A DNA stretch of 64,000 nt from Octopus vulgaris. Taxonomy: Eukaryota. Location: contig OX597815.1 of NCBI GenBank assembly GCA_951406725.2, forward strand, positions 18,042,001 to 18,106,000, given 5' to 3'. The notes below the pieces were generated by a model, which ran no database searches, was not told the origin of the DNA, and saw only the letters and a program-made list of their open reading frames with translations. A program made the position numbers and the translations under genes. Shown piece after piece: positions 1 to 13,224 of the stretch. Numbering within the stretch: the first letter of the stretch is position 1; the number at the start of each line of letters is the position of its first letter.

Positions 1-256
1 ATACACTGATAGGTGTGTCGGAATAAAATGTAATATATAGATATATACCTATAAAACATGGAAGAAATGAAATGAAGGATGTGAAAAAGTAAAACATGAA
101 ATAATGAAAAAGTAGAAATAACGAATGAAAAAAAATCTATTAAAGATATTGGAATGATGCGTGGGATAGTGGAAATAAATATAGAAAATATTAAGTAAAA
201 ATAGATATTATAAATATGAATATAAACAGAGTGTGATGGTAATAATAGCAAACCAT

Positions 257-257
257 G

Positions 258-326
<69 letters not shown>

Positions 327-328
327 GC

Positions 329-365
<37 letters not shown>

Positions 366-388
366 TTAATAATAATAATAATAATATC

Positions 389-425
<37 letters not shown>

Positions 426-427
426 GC

Positions 428-462
<35 letters not shown>

Positions 463-545
463 TAGTGATAATGATAATAAAAATAATAATAATAATAATA
501 ATAATAATGATGATGATAATGATAATAATAATAATAATAATAATG

Positions 546-600
<55 letters not shown>

Positions 601-612
601 TAATAGCAATAA
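257..612. repeat. (AAT)n microsatellite
   Basis: Long, nearly pure AAT run; source of the poly-N/I/L ORFs. Confidence 0.98.
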
Positions 613-986
613 TAGTGGTAATGACAAAACCAATAGTTTATGAAATTAGGACTTTTTTTTCAAGAACTTTGGAATAATTCTCAAGTGATATTTCCTGCCT
701 AAAATATATTCATGCAGTTTTAAACAGCAGGTCCTCAGAAAAAAGACCCTTGAAAAAAAAAAAAAAAAACTGTGTTCATTATGTAGTTCTTCAAGAATTC
801 TTTAAAACATCTTCAAAAAAAAATTTTTCATAAAAAAAATACTCACTTTAAAATTTTAATATATTTACTTGAGAAAATTAAAATAAAAACATCTTTATGG
901 TTGAAGGAATTTTGGATATGGAATATTATGCACATAAGAGCATCGAGAAGGTGGTATATAAAATTGGGACATGGATGGGGATAATT

Positions 987-1290
987 TGTTGTTTGTTCCT
1001 TCTCGAGCCATGCCTGGCTCATAAGGGCCGGTTTCCCGGTTTCCTTGGCGTATAGGTTCCCCACCTGGACAGGATGCCGGTCCATCACAGGTGAGCTGCA
1101 AGATGCAGGAAGAAAGACTGAGAGAAAGTTGTGGCGAAAGAGCCAGAAGTTCGCCATTACCTTCTGCCGGAGCCACGTGGAGCTTAGGTGTTTTGCTCAT
1201 AAACAGACACATTGCCCAGTCTGAGATTTGAACCCACGATCCCTCGACCACGAGTCTGCTACTCTAACCACTAGGCCATGTGCCTCCATG
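987..1290 (-). mobile_element. tRNA-derived SINE, family E (tail type ii)
   Basis: Minus-strand head GGAGGCACATGGCCTAGTGGTTAGAG..GGTTCAAATC with A/B boxes; GGGATAATTTG on both flanks (TSD). Confidence 0.85.
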
Positions 1291-1640
1291 TAGGGATAAT
1301 TTGGTTGTATAATAATGAGTATAATACTTATATAAATTGAAACAGAATGTTCAGGGTTTATGCTAGGTGGAGCATACCCAGTCCAAGGACAGAGTAAGCT
1401 TCACATTTTTGCTCTGTTATATTTACAGACTAGGGGTCATGGAATTTTCTTGACCAGCACAAATTAAACATGTTCAAAAATTAGTTGAGAATGTTATTAA
1501 CTTATTTATGCCACTACCTTTCCAGTTATTCACTCATTAACACAATTTAGAAACAACTGTGGCAATTTTATTTCCAACTCAATAAAATTTACGTTAGTTT
1601 ACCTATTTGTTTATATGTGTACTTATTTATGTGTGTGTAT

Positions 1641-1885
1641 CATCATCATCATTGTTTAAAGTCCGTTTTCCATGCTAGCACAGGTTGGACGGTTCGACCG
1701 GGGTCTGAGAAGCCAGGAGGCTGCACCAGGTTCCAGTCTGATCTGGCAGTGTTTCTACAGCTGGATGCCCTTCCTAATGCTAACTACTCCGTGAGTGTAG
1801 TGGGCGCTTTTTACGTGCCACCTGCACTGGTGCCAGGGGAGGCTGGCAGCATCCACGATCAGTTGGTGCTGGTGGCACGTAAAAT
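1641..1885 (-). mobile_element. Family C non-autonomous retroposon with (GAT)n tail
   Basis: Core TTAGGAAGGGCATCCAGCTGTAGAAAC..CATGGAAAACGGAC shared with about 11 other copies in the window. Confidence 0.85.
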
Positions 1886-2093
1886 TATAATTATATAATT
1901 ATGTAATTAAGTTAATTCCCTTCTTTACCTTTTGAAAAGGCTTTTCTGAAAATTGTTTACATACTTATTGATGAAATGAGTCTGTCTTTCTTGAGAGGAA
2001 TCACTGTAATTTAACAGACTGAACCACTTCATCTTGGCTCTGGCAGAAGGTAATGGCAAACTTCTGCTGACTCTTTCGCCACAACTTTCTCTA

Positions 2094-2418
2094 AGGCGGC
2101 GAGCTGGCAGAAATGTTAGCGCGCTGGGCGAAATGCGTAGCCGTATTTTGTCAGCTGTTATGTTCAAATTCCGCTGAGGTCGACTTTGCCTTACATCCTT
2201 TCGGGGTCGATAAAATAATAATAATAATGAAATTATTGTATACAGTGCTCAGGTGCACCACAACTTGTCAGAAAGTGTATATAAAGTACATGCAGTAATG
2301 TAAAAATGTCTGGAAAGCGAACAGTTACGCACTGGGGGTCGATGTAATCAACTTAATCCGTTTGTCTGTCCTTGTTTGTCCTCTCTGTGTTTAGCCCCTT
2401 GTGGGTGGTAAAGAATAA
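2094..2418 (+). mobile_element. SINE family B, interrupted by a ~110-bp insert
   Basis: Head GGCGGCGAGCTGGCAGAA, core CATCCTTTCGGGGTCGATAAA, tail TTAGCCCCTTGTGGGT. Confidence 0.85.
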
Positions 2419-3374
2419 ACATCTTTGTAAAATCATATTACACTCAAATCACAACAGCAACTTATTAAAATGCCCTGATTTCTAAATGTTTCTCTAAAAT
2501 CAATTGCCTTTATGACTGCTGCTTTAATATCATGTTTCATACACACACAGACACTTCTATATAACTAGTCGTATATAGGCTAAAACTTACTCCTCTGTTA
2601 AATTGGTTTAATATTGATTCATTAATCATAACTGGAAATATGATACGAATTACCATATAGAAAATTTGCATTCATATTAATAACAGAAGTGAAAACTATA
2701 TTCGGTTACTGCTAAAAGAAAATAATTTGCAGCATATCTTAGTTAAATTCTGTTTCATAGATTGAATAAATACTGACTGTCTGATTCATTAGTTTCTTTC
2801 AAATTAATGAAATATTTGATAATAAATCAAGTTAGTAATTTTGCGGGTGTCCTGATGCAAAATTAAGACAAAACTGGTACCTAGAGGCATATTTTAAGCA
2901 ATAAATATCGGAACTGGAACAGGCTTTAAGAAATTTATATTTTGACTTACATTTTCCATTAGCGCTAGATTATGTAATCAAGAGAAATTATTAAACAAAA
3001 TCTAAGGCTTTACTTTAGAAGGAAAATGGAAATTATTCTACTATAAACTGATTCTTGAGTGACACTATCTAAAGGAAATTACTTGGTGGTTAATAATTGT
3101 TGAAATCTGTCTATGCAGTATGTGTTGTTAGAAGTAGCATCTAGGAAGTAATTATGAAATAAAGGAACTCTGCTGCTGTTCAGTCTATTCAAAGAAAGAG
3201 AATTATAATAACAAGATAATAATAATAACTAAAACAGAATAATAATGTGGTAAAGAAGCATCCAACACAATGCAGGTGATACTAGAACACAGAAGACTTA
3301 TGGTAAAGACATATTAGTCGACAGAACATGGCATATTATATATCCACTGCATTCTGCTGGAAATTGTAGTTGTG

Positions 3375-3625
3375 ATACCTGTGCCGGTGGCACATAAAGA
3401 GCACCAACCGATTGTGGCCGATGCCGGCCTCCACTGGCACGTAAAAAGCACCCACTACACTCACGGAGTGGTTGGTGTTAGGAAGGGCATCCAGCTGTAG
3501 AAACACTGCCAGATCAGATTGGAGCCTGGTGCAGCCTCCTGGCTTCCCTGACCCTGGTCAAACCGTCCAACCCGTGCTAGCATGAAATATGGACGTTAAA
3601 TAATGATAATGATGATGATGATGAT
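3375..3625 (+). mobile_element. Family C retroposon
   Basis: GTGCCGGTGGCAC subrepeats, GGAAGGGCATCCAGCTG core, (GAT)n tail. Confidence 0.85.
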
Positions 3626-3702
3626 TAAAGAATTTATGAATTCTCAAGAATGTTGCAAGTTGGTTTAGAAAATTAAAATATCAGAGCTTTATTGTTTTCC
3701 AG

Positions 3703-3807
3703 TTCTGTGTTGTAGGTACACATAAAAAAATTATGAGCCATGTTCTTTCTCAACTTCATTGTGTTTGTGCTATGGCACAGTCGTTAATAAAAACTGAAAG
3801 TAAATAA
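3703..3807 (+). CDS. Candidate host exon, unidentified (FCVVGTHKKIMSHVLSQLHCVCAMAQSLIKTESK*)
   Basis: Acceptor TTTATTGTTTTCCAG followed by an open, non-repetitive frame; no recognised homology. Confidence 0.2.
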   Translation, partial: FCVVGTHKKIMSHVLSQLHCVCAMAQSLIKTESK

Positions 3808-4187
3808 TGGGAACCAGGTCAATAAATAATGCTTCTTATTGTTTTCTGATAAAAGCACAAGATTAAACATTTTGAGTAGGAATGTCTGGAGTGTGACTCC
3901 TATATTCAGAAGATATGTGTTTCTACCTTAATAAGATTTATAAAATTGAAATATAATGATAGCAGATGCAATCAATAAAGAGTTTGCAGCTTTCGAATTT
4001 AAAGATGTCTAGAAATACATGGGAGAGTTGGAGGTGCAAGCATGGCTGTGGTCAAGAAGTTTACTTCAGAATCACATGGTTGAGGGTTCCTCCCCACTGC
4101 ATGGACATTGTGAGCTGGTGTCTTCTACTATAGCCATGGTCACTGAATGTCTTGTGTGTTGAAATTTAGTTCATGTGTGTGTAAAAA

Positions 4188-4612
4188 TGTCTTTTATTTG
4201 TTTCAGTCATTTGACTGCGGCCATGCTGGAGCACCACATTTTAGTTGAGTAAATCGACCCCAGGACTTATTCTTTGTAAGCCTAGTACTTATTCTATCAG
4301 CCTCTTTTGCTGAACCGCTAAGTTACGAGAACGTCAACACACCAGCATTGGTTGTCAAGCAATGGTGGGGGCAGCAGACACACTGACACACAAACATATA
4401 CACACACACACATACATGTATACACACACACACACACACATACACACACACATATATTTATATAAAATGGGCTTCTTTCAGTTTCCTCTACCAAATCCAC
4501 TCATAAGGCTTTGGTTGGCCCAAGGTTATAGTAGAAGACACTTGCTCAAGGTTCTGCGCAGTGGGACTGAACCTGGAAGCATGTGGTTGGGAAGTAAGCT
4601 TCTTACCTCACA
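4188..4612 (-). mobile_element. tRNA-derived SINE family A with internal (CA/TA)n
   Basis: Matches the full copies at 16558-16962, 30092-30501 and 60050-60468. Confidence 0.88.
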
Positions 4613-4776
4613 AGGATTGAGAGGGGGCAGGTAATGATAAACAAGGGTTGAGAGAGGGCAGTTAATAAACAAGGGTTGAGAGGGAGCAATTAAGGATGAA
4701 AGCTAGGGAAGAGTAGTACTGATGCCATGGTAAAGGAAAGTCACACACTCTATGAAATGGTTGGTGTTTGGAAAGG

Positions 4777-5341
4777 TGTAGTGATGCTATTTTTGGAAGT
4801 TTTCAGAGCACATGCGCAGAGTTGGATTACTTCCGGTAGGCTGCCAGAAGTTCCCTCATGTGCATGCGCAGAGAACTGCAAACTGAAAGCATTCCTGCTA
4901 AATCTGTCCTTTTTGAATCAGCAACCCTACCGAGTGGATGTGACCAACCTTCTCTCAGGGAAAACCCTACATGTAGAGAAGCTCTCTTCTAAGCGGGAAC
5001 AGCGTCGGTAGTTTTGGCTCACACAAATGAACATTTACCCTACATATAGAGAAGCTCTCTTCTAAGCGGGAATGGAGACAGTAATTTTGGCTCACACAAG
5101 TGAACATTTGTGAACAGTCTTGTGGACTTGGCTACCAGTTCGCCCTTAAGGAAAATATATGTGTATATATGTTTTTATTTGCGGAACCCGGAAAAAATAA
5201 AGTATTATTTCTTGCTATTGAAGACAGTCGGATTTTGGTTCTCCCTTCGACAATTGTATGTGACAAGATAAGACAAACACCCCTCAAGTGTTCTGAGACC
5301 TTCATCTTGTTACAAAGGGATCATGCTGTAGACACCTAACA
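4777..5341. mobile_element. Probable solo LTR inserted in a family C element
   Basis: TGTAG..CTAACA termini, AAAGG/AAAGT flanks, internal AATAAA and a ~75-bp internal tandem duplication; host motif GGAAAGG|GGCAT is split. Confidence 0.55.
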
Positions 5342-6026
5342 AAAGTGGGCATTAAAGTTGAGGGTTCCTCCCCACTGCATAGACATTGTGAGCTGGTGTC
5401 TTCTACTATAGCCATGGTCATTGAATGTCTTGTGTGTTGAAATTTAGTTCATGTGTGTGTAAAATGTCTTTTATTTGTTTCAGTCATTTTACAGTGGCCA
5501 TGCTGGAGCACCGCCTTTAGTCGAGCAAATCGACCCCAGGACTTATTCTTTGCAAGCCTAGTACTTATTCTTAGACACATTAGATTCTGTGAAACCATTC
5601 AACACACCCATGTCAGCATGGCAGAGGAATGTTAAAAGATGATGATGGTGATGCTATGATATCTAATATATTAACATCCATCTTATAAATAAATAACATC
5701 TATAAAATTCTGACATCTAGAGTTATTTCTAAATAAAAATTCAATATCAGTGAGTTGCATTAAATTGAATTAAATATCAATAAATATAAGATTTTAAAAC
5801 AAAAAAAAAATAAACCCATGCTTTTGAATTATGGAGTTTGGTGTCAGTACCAGGTGTATTTAGTATCTTAATTACAATCGGTACATCATTAATCTTCCTG
5901 CCAAACTTGGAGTGATGTTAGCAGTGCCTGTTTAATTGTATTGTCATACAACTGACATAGGAAAAACCTATCAGTTATGACAGTTTTGAAAAATGTAGAA
6001 ATATTTATGTCTCTGATACACACACA

Positions 6027-6072
<46 letters not shown>

Positions 6073-6099
6073 AACTTACATAAGATACATATATATGCG

Positions 6100-6201
6100 T
6101 GTGTATGTATGTATGTATGTATGTATTTATGTATGTATGTATGTATGTATGTATCTATGATTATATGTATGTATGTATGTATGTATGCATGTATCTATCA
6201 T

Positions 6202-6233
<32 letters not shown>

Positions 6234-6525
6234 TGAATGTATGTATGTATGTATGTATGTATGTATGTATGTATGTATGTATGTATGTATGTATGATTAT
6301 ATGTATGTATGTATGAATGTATGTATGTATCTATGATTATATGTATGTATGTATTATGTGTGTATGTATGTATGTATGTATGTATGTATGTATGTATGTA
6401 TGTATGTATGTATGTATGTATGCATGTATCTATGATTATATGTATGTATGTATGTCTGTATGTTTGTATGTATGTATGTATGTATGTATCTATGATTATA
6501 TGTATGTATGTATGCATGTATGTTT
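6100..6525. repeat. (TATG)n microsatellite with recurring GTATCTATGATTAT variant
   Basis: Direct reading. Confidence 0.97.
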
Positions 6526-7324
6526 ATACACACACACACGCACACACATACACACACACATACACACATGTACCACAGGCTTCTTTCAATATTTCTGTCT
6601 TTGGTGTCCATTCATACGGCTTGACCAGCCCAGGGCTATATTTGAAGATACTTGCTCAACAGGCTGTGTAGTGGGGCTTAACCTGAAATCATGTGTCTGG
6701 GAAGATAACCTCTTGACCATGTGGCCATACCTGCACCTCGGCATTCCTATGTCATACATATTATCATTAGAGTGTTTGTGAGTGTCTGTCTTTTTAATGG
6801 GTACAATGGTTCTACCATAATGTAATGGTCAATATATTTTTCTACCGAGATATTTTATATGAAATGTAAATAATATTTAACATTGTGCTCAGCTTAGCAA
6901 TATAGTAAGAGCACATAGCTGGATAATAAATGGTCTCTTCAAATTAATGAACATGATTCTTGTAACATAAATATAGTCATTCAAAAGCAATATGCAGTTT
7001 ATTTTACTGCTTTCAATGCTATTTACTTTACATTCTTCCGAACAAATAAATACTGGATCCTCTACGTGGTCTCTTCGATAGCTAGAAATAGCAAATCATC
7101 CCTTGTTGTTTTACACAAGGAAAGATACGTAGAATAATGTAGACTTTGGCTTCTTCTAAAAAAGTTGAGATGGTCATGACTGGAATGTTATTGATCACAG
7201 ATGAGGTTCTTTCTCCGAAATTCTAAAGTGTGCATCCGCTCTTATATTTGTACCCCAATACTCGGACCGAAGAAAGACAAAGCTGAGGAACAGGGGATAT
7301 TGGCTATGACGTTTATGTCTTGCT

Positions 7325-7703
7325 TATTTAGAGAATGCGTGGGCTAAGACTACGTGCCTTCATTGGTCAGTTAAAGTTGAGACAGTGTCATGTGACAACT
7401 TGCTGGGGCTGCCTGCTGGAGCCTAGCAGCAGTTATTTAAAGGGATAAAATTTGACAAGACAGACAGTCACCCACTGACACTGGTTGATGCTACATTGAA
7501 AAGGCCAGGGAACAGAAGAAAGAAGACATATACTCAGCACCAGAGCCGAAGACACCTCCGAAAGTGGGGGCTATGCCATGTCAAAACAGTAGAGGAATAG
7601 GGGCCAAAACCGGACGTGGTTCCTCCTGATGATGTCTTGAGCTAACTGGATCCTATAAAGGAGCTGTTGTGGTAGCAGACCGTGAAACACGGTTGTAATT
7701 CCT
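7325..7703 (+). mobile_element. LTR/pLTR-like interspersed repeat, copy 1
   Basis: Homologous to 37025-37410; TATTTAAAGG box, CTGATGA..GAAAC near the 3' end. Confidence 0.7.
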
Positions 7704-7749
7704 ATTGGGTCTGTCAGTCTGCTACCTTCACTGGCTCATATCAAATATC

Positions 7750-7979
7750 TATTTCTTTACTACCCACAAGGGGCTAAACACAGAGAGGACAAAGAAGGAC
7801 AGACAAATGGATTAAGTCGATTATATCGACCCCCAGCACATAACTGGTACTTATTTAATTGACCCTGAAAGGATGAAAGACAAAGTCGACCTCGGTGGAA
7901 TTTGAACTGAGAACGTAACGGCAGACGAAATACAGCTACGAATTTCGCCCGGCGTGCTAACGTTTCTGCCAGCTCGCCG
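7750..7979 (-). mobile_element. SINE family B monomer
   Basis: Full head to tail; TSD CTCATAT(C/T)AAATA(T/C)C. Confidence 0.92.
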
Positions 7980-8764
7980 ACTCATATTAAATACCATTAT
8001 CTGCTCCTTGCAAAACCTTGCATGTCTACAGATATATTAGTGTTGCACTTGTTGATGTTGTTATTGTTGTTATTGTTGTAATTGTTTAACTCAAGGTCAG
8101 CTCTGATTGAGCAGACTTACTATCAAAGACCTTATTCTTGCTCATCCTATCTTTTTTCAGGATACGGTGTATCTAATATTGCATTATCTAATATTTCCAT
8201 TTCAGGAAGACTGTCAAGGTGTGAATTGAAGAAGATTTAACTGCTCTTTCTAGCATGTAAGGCGCCTGCCTAGAAACAACTTTATTTGTATTAGTTATAG
8301 TGGTTGCTTCAATCTTGATCTATTCCCATTAACTCTATTCTATCCTTTGACCCCCAACACGTATAAATTCAGCGAAAGCAGATGCGAGCAGATTATTACA
8401 ACAGGATTTCCTATTGATGTTACCACACCTACTTAGCATAAACTGAAGATAACTCTTGTACGAAATGGGTTTGCTTGCCATGAAGAGATATCACAAGCTG
8501 ATTGTTGGAACAAATGTCATTGTGATTCGGCCCTTACCAGTTTACTCTCTCTCTCTCCCTCCCTCTAATCCATACAAAATTATTAGGACATTTGTGACAC
8601 TGATGACATTCACACACATTATGATTAGTGAAATGAAGAACATTAGGAAAGATTCAAATCTTTGAATATTTGATTAATTGTTGCTATCTGTAATATTTTA
8701 TTGCTATACCGCTACAGTATAATTACTACACTAATGTACTATAATTACTACACAACTGTGTTAA

Positions 8765-9006
8765 ACGCACCAGTCGAGCGTGATCGTTACCTGCGTTGCC
8801 TTACTAGCACTTGTGTTGGTGGCACGTGAAAAGAAAAAAAGCAATCGAGCGAGGTCGTTGCCAGTGCCGCTGGACTGGCTCCTGTGCCGGTGGCACATAA
8901 AAAGCACCATTTGAGCATGGCTGTTGCCAGTACCACCAAACTGGCCCTCGTGCCAGTGGCACATAAAAACACCCACTACACTCTCGCCATTTATAACTTT
9001 ATATAT

Positions 9007-9039
<33 letters not shown>

Positions 9040-9480
9040 CATCATCATTATCCTCATCATCATCGTTTAACGTCCGTTTTCCATGCTGGCATGGGTTGGA
9101 TGGGTTGACTGGGGTCTGGGAAGCCAGGAGGCTGCACTAGGCCCTAATCTGATCTGGCACTGTTTCTACAACTGGATGCCCTTCCTAATGCCAACCCCTC
9201 CGAGAGTGTAGTGGGTGCTTTTTACGTGCCACTGGCACAGGGGCCAGAGGAGGCTGGCATCGATCATTATCGGATGGTGCTTTTTATGTGTTACTGGCAC
9301 GGGAGTCACAACTACAATTTCTATTTGATTTGATTTTGATATTGATGCTGATGTTCTTGACTCAATAGATCTCCTCAAGCATGGCGCATAATCCTACGAT
9401 CCAAGGTACTTTTGTGTGGGCTGGCTATGCAACACTGGTGTAGGTTACAGCTGTGAACTCACTTTATTTGTCATGTCTTC
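8765..9480. mobile_element. Two family C elements in opposite orientation
   Basis: 8765-8988 (+, partial) and 9009-~9480 (-, with CAT run). Confidence 0.8.
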
Positions 9481-9494
9481 TCTTTCTTGGAAAT

Positions 9495-9872
9495 TCGCCA
9501 GCTCAATGGTTTCCTTTCATGGCAGAATTAATAACCAAGACTATCTAAGCATTTTCTCCAATCACATTCATCCTTTGGTTGTGGAACTGTTTCCAGAAGG
9601 AAACGCAATCATTCAGGATGATAATGCGCCAATTCACACAGCTAAAGTGAATTCTCGTGAAGATGAACAACTTATCTGGCCACTACAGTCCCCAGATCTC
9701 AATATTATTGAACATTTATTGTGCATCTTAGAAAAACAAATAGGGAGATGATATCCTCCACCATCATCACTACAAGAGCTGGAGACTGTTTTAGCTGAAG
9801 AATAGACAAAGATTCCTTTGGAAACAATTCAAACTTTGTATGAGTCCATACCTTATAGAATCCAAGCTGTAA
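9495..9872 (+). pseudogene. Tc1-family transposase C-terminal fragment
   Basis: Translation IIQDDNAPIHTAK..WPLQSPDLNIIEHL..IPLETIQTLYESIPYRIQAV, with stops. Confidence 0.92.
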
Positions 9873-9915
<43 letters not shown>

Positions 9916-9917
<2 letters not shown>

Positions 9918-10475
9918 TCTTCCCCCTCCTTAATTCTTCTGTCCCTCTGCTTCTACTTCTTTCTCTTCTCTTCCCATGTGACCGATCGGCCAAGTTGCTC
10001 TTTCTTTCTTGGTCTGACCATTGTCCATGAAACAGTAATATTCTTCCCTGTGTTTGTGAAACTCTTGTATCTCTGCCGTAAGGCTTCATTTCCACATGCG
10101 CCAGCTTAATTCAATTTGTCCTTAGTTGAAAGACACATGTTGTTATGTCCTGTTATTATTTTTATTATATTTTTTTTACTGTATTTATATTAGTGTAACA
10201 TTATCAGTTTTTTCTGTCCTTGTTTTTGTATACATTTGCTGCTTTCTTCCAAGGAATCTAATGCTCTTAGCTTAGTTTTTCCTTGGGGCTGGCCAGATTA
10301 GAGCAATCTCAGGAATAATCAGCTGAAATTGCGAAGATAATCTGGTGCTTGACTGAAGAGGGGGAACTTCGAATGACCCATCCTTGTTTTCTTTGTATCT
10401 GTCTATCTGGATGTTTTGTTGTCCCTTTTTGTATCTCCTAACTGTCCGGATGTTTTGCGTTCTTGTCCCATTTTG

Positions 10476-10480
<5 letters not shown>
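9916..10480. mobile_element. Unclassified element embedded in (TA)n
   Basis: ~565 bp of complex sequence with (TA)n on both sides; degenerate CTGAAGA..CGAA motif near 10353. Confidence 0.5.
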
Positions 10481-10537
<57 letters not shown>

Positions 10538-10587
10538 GTATGTATGTATATATGTGTATGTATATATATATATTGACTACACATTGA

Positions 10588-10760
10588 CTACACTCGCGGA
10601 GTGGTTGGCGTTAAGAAGGGCATCCAGCTGTAGAAACTCTGCCAGATCAGACTGGAGCCTGGTGCAGCCCCTGGCTTCCCAGATCCCCAGTCGAACCGTC
10701 CAACCCATGCTAGCACGGAAAACGGACGTTAAACGATGATGATGATGATGATGATGATGA
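10588..10760 (+). mobile_element. Family C retroposon, 5'-truncated
   Basis: Core plus (GAT)n tail. Confidence 0.88.
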
Positions 10761-11081
10761 TATATATATATATATGTATATATATATAGATATATGCATA
10801 AAACACACAATGTGTTAACTAGAAGCACAGAAAGCAGCATTCATTGAAATACGGGTGTGTATGAATATATTTAACACATTTATGTACATCCAAGTATGGA
10901 CAGACATTTGCTGTGAAAATTGTCTCCAGAGAGAAATACTCCTTTCAGATGATGTTGTGTGAAAAACATGTCACTGGGCTATGAAAGATGTCAATGAACC
11001 ATAGGACATGTGTTTTGGCATCATTACACTTTGTCAGCTGTCCATTCTTCGTAGCTGGCTAAGAACAGCCGTTCTTACATT

Positions 11082-11118
<37 letters not shown>

Positions 11119-11253
11119 TTACACATATACACACATACAGAAACAAGAGTGGACACTCACTATTACATATATGTATGCACAGGAACAAGTGTACACATAT
11201 ACATGAATATACATTCACACACACACACATATAACACATACAGCCATACATAT

Positions 11254-11286
<33 letters not shown>

Positions 11287-11399
11287 AGTGTGCCTCAGTT
11301 ATGAGATTCATAATTAGTTCTAAACACTTCAGTATCAAATCAAATGTAAATGATTGATTATTTCCCTTAGTAATTTTCAAAATATTATTTTCTAAATGT

Positions 11400-11518
11400 T
11401 CATCATCATCATCGTCGTTGTTGTCATCGTCGTCATCGTCATCACCATCATCATCATCGTCATCATCATCATCGTCACCATCATCACCATCGTCATCATC
11501 ATCATCATCATCATCATC

Positions 11519-11549
<31 letters not shown>

Positions 11550-11879
11550 TCATCGTCATCGTCATCATCATCATCATCATCATCATCGTCATCATCATCG
11601 TCATCGTCATCATCATCATCGTCATCGTCATCGTCATCATCATCATCATCATTATCATCATCATCATCACCATCATCGTCATCGTCATCACCAACATCAT
11701 CATCATCATTATCATCATCATCACCATCATCATCGTCATCGTCATCATCATCATCATCATCATCATTATCATCGTCATCATCATCGTCATCGTCATCGTC
11801 ATCATCATCATCATCACCATCATCGTCATCGTCATCATCATCATCATCATCACCATCGTCATCATCATCACCATCGTTG

Positions 11880-11941
<62 letters not shown>

Positions 11942-11955
11942 GTCACCATCATCAG
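11400..11955. repeat. (CAT)n/(CGT) microsatellite
   Basis: Direct reading; source of the poly-M/I/S ORFs. Confidence 0.98.
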
Positions 11956-12187
11956 CAACAGCAGCAGCATTATCCCCTTTATTAATATAATTAAGGCAGT
12001 GAGATAGACAAACAGCTTAGTAGTATTTCTTTCAAGTCGTTACACTGTGAGTTCAAATTCTGCTGATGTTGATTTTGTTTCCATCCTTTAAAAGTTGATA
12101 ACGTGAGTACCTGCTTAACAATGGAGTCAGGGCAATTGTCTAACCTTTCCTCTCCCTAAAATTTTTGACCTTGCACCAAAATATTCG

Positions 12188-12492
12188 TCATCATCATCAT
12201 CATCATCATTGTTTAATGCCCGCTTTCCGTGCTAGCATGGGTTGGACGATTTGACTGAGGGCTGGTGAACCAGATGGCTGCACCAGGCCTCAATCTTGAT
12301 CCGGCAGAGTTTCTACAGCTGGATGCCCTTCCTAACGCCAGCCACTCCGTAGAGTGCAGTGGGTGCTTTTTATGTGCCACCGGCACTGGGGGCCAGTCAG
12401 GCAGTACTAGCAACGACCTCACTCGAATTCTTTTACACATGCCACCGGCACAGGTGCCAGTAAGGCGATGCTGGTAATGATCACACTCGAAG
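12188..12492 (-). mobile_element. Family C retroposon
   Basis: Core and CAT run. Confidence 0.87.
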
Positions 12493-12559
12493 CACAACAG
12501 ATTATGTTGGAAAAGAAAGATTCCTAACATTTGGCAACAACAAGTAACCTTAGATGCCA

Positions 12560-12905
12560 AGAACCCTTCTTAGTATCCTAGCTGTCCCTAATAACACTAT
12601 TCTCTAGAGCTGCACTAAACAAGGTTTTATGCCTGTGTTCTCTATCCATCTGTTCAAATCTTTAGGGATAGTTCCAAATGCACCTATAACTACAGGGATA
12701 CATTTTACTCAAACTTTCCATAGTCTCTGTAACTCAATATCTAAGTCCTGGTATTTTCTCTATATTTCTCCTATTGACTTTCTCATCAATTGGAACAGTA
12801 AAGTCAATTATCGGTCATTTTCTATTCTCTTTATCTACTACTACTACTAAATTAGGCCTTTTATTACTCTTTCAGTCTGAAAGTTAAAGTTTCCACAACA
12901 TTTTA
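12560..12905 (-). pseudogene. RLE-clade (R4/Dong-like) LINE endonuclease 3' fragment
   Basis: Translation KYQDLDIELQRLWK..IPVVIGAFGTIPKDL..VLLGTARILR. Confidence 0.8.
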
Positions 12906-13140
12906 TATTATTTTTATTATTATTATTAAGATATAGAACTAGCTGAATCGTTACCATGCTGGATACGATTCTTATCAGTATTTCTTTTGGCTTTATATTC
13001 TGAGATCGAATTCTACTGAGGCTGACTTTGCCCTTCATCCTTTCAGGGTCAGTAAAATAAGTACCAGTTGAACATTGGGGTTGATGTAATTGACTTAAAT
13101 CCAACGAAAAGATTGCTGGCCTTGTGCCAAAATTTAAAAC

Positions 13141-13177
<37 letters not shown>

Positions 13178-13224
13178 TTTATTTACGTTATTTACATTAT
13201 TTACATTATTTATGCTATATACCC

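Noticed and set aside
208-677. Poly-L/N/I ORFs
   Set aside because: Translations of an (AAT)n microsatellite
5830-5930. Minus-strand KINDVPIVIKILNTPG resembling a GTPase DTPG motif
   Set aside because: Too short, lacks the Asp, and splice signals are weak
5977-6781. Cys/Met/Tyr/Val-rich ORFs
   Set aside because: (TATG)n translations; the same applies at 30.4-30.7 kb and 47.0 kb
11392-12007. ~200-aa poly-M/I/S ORFs
   Set aside because: (CAT)n microsatellite, open in several frames
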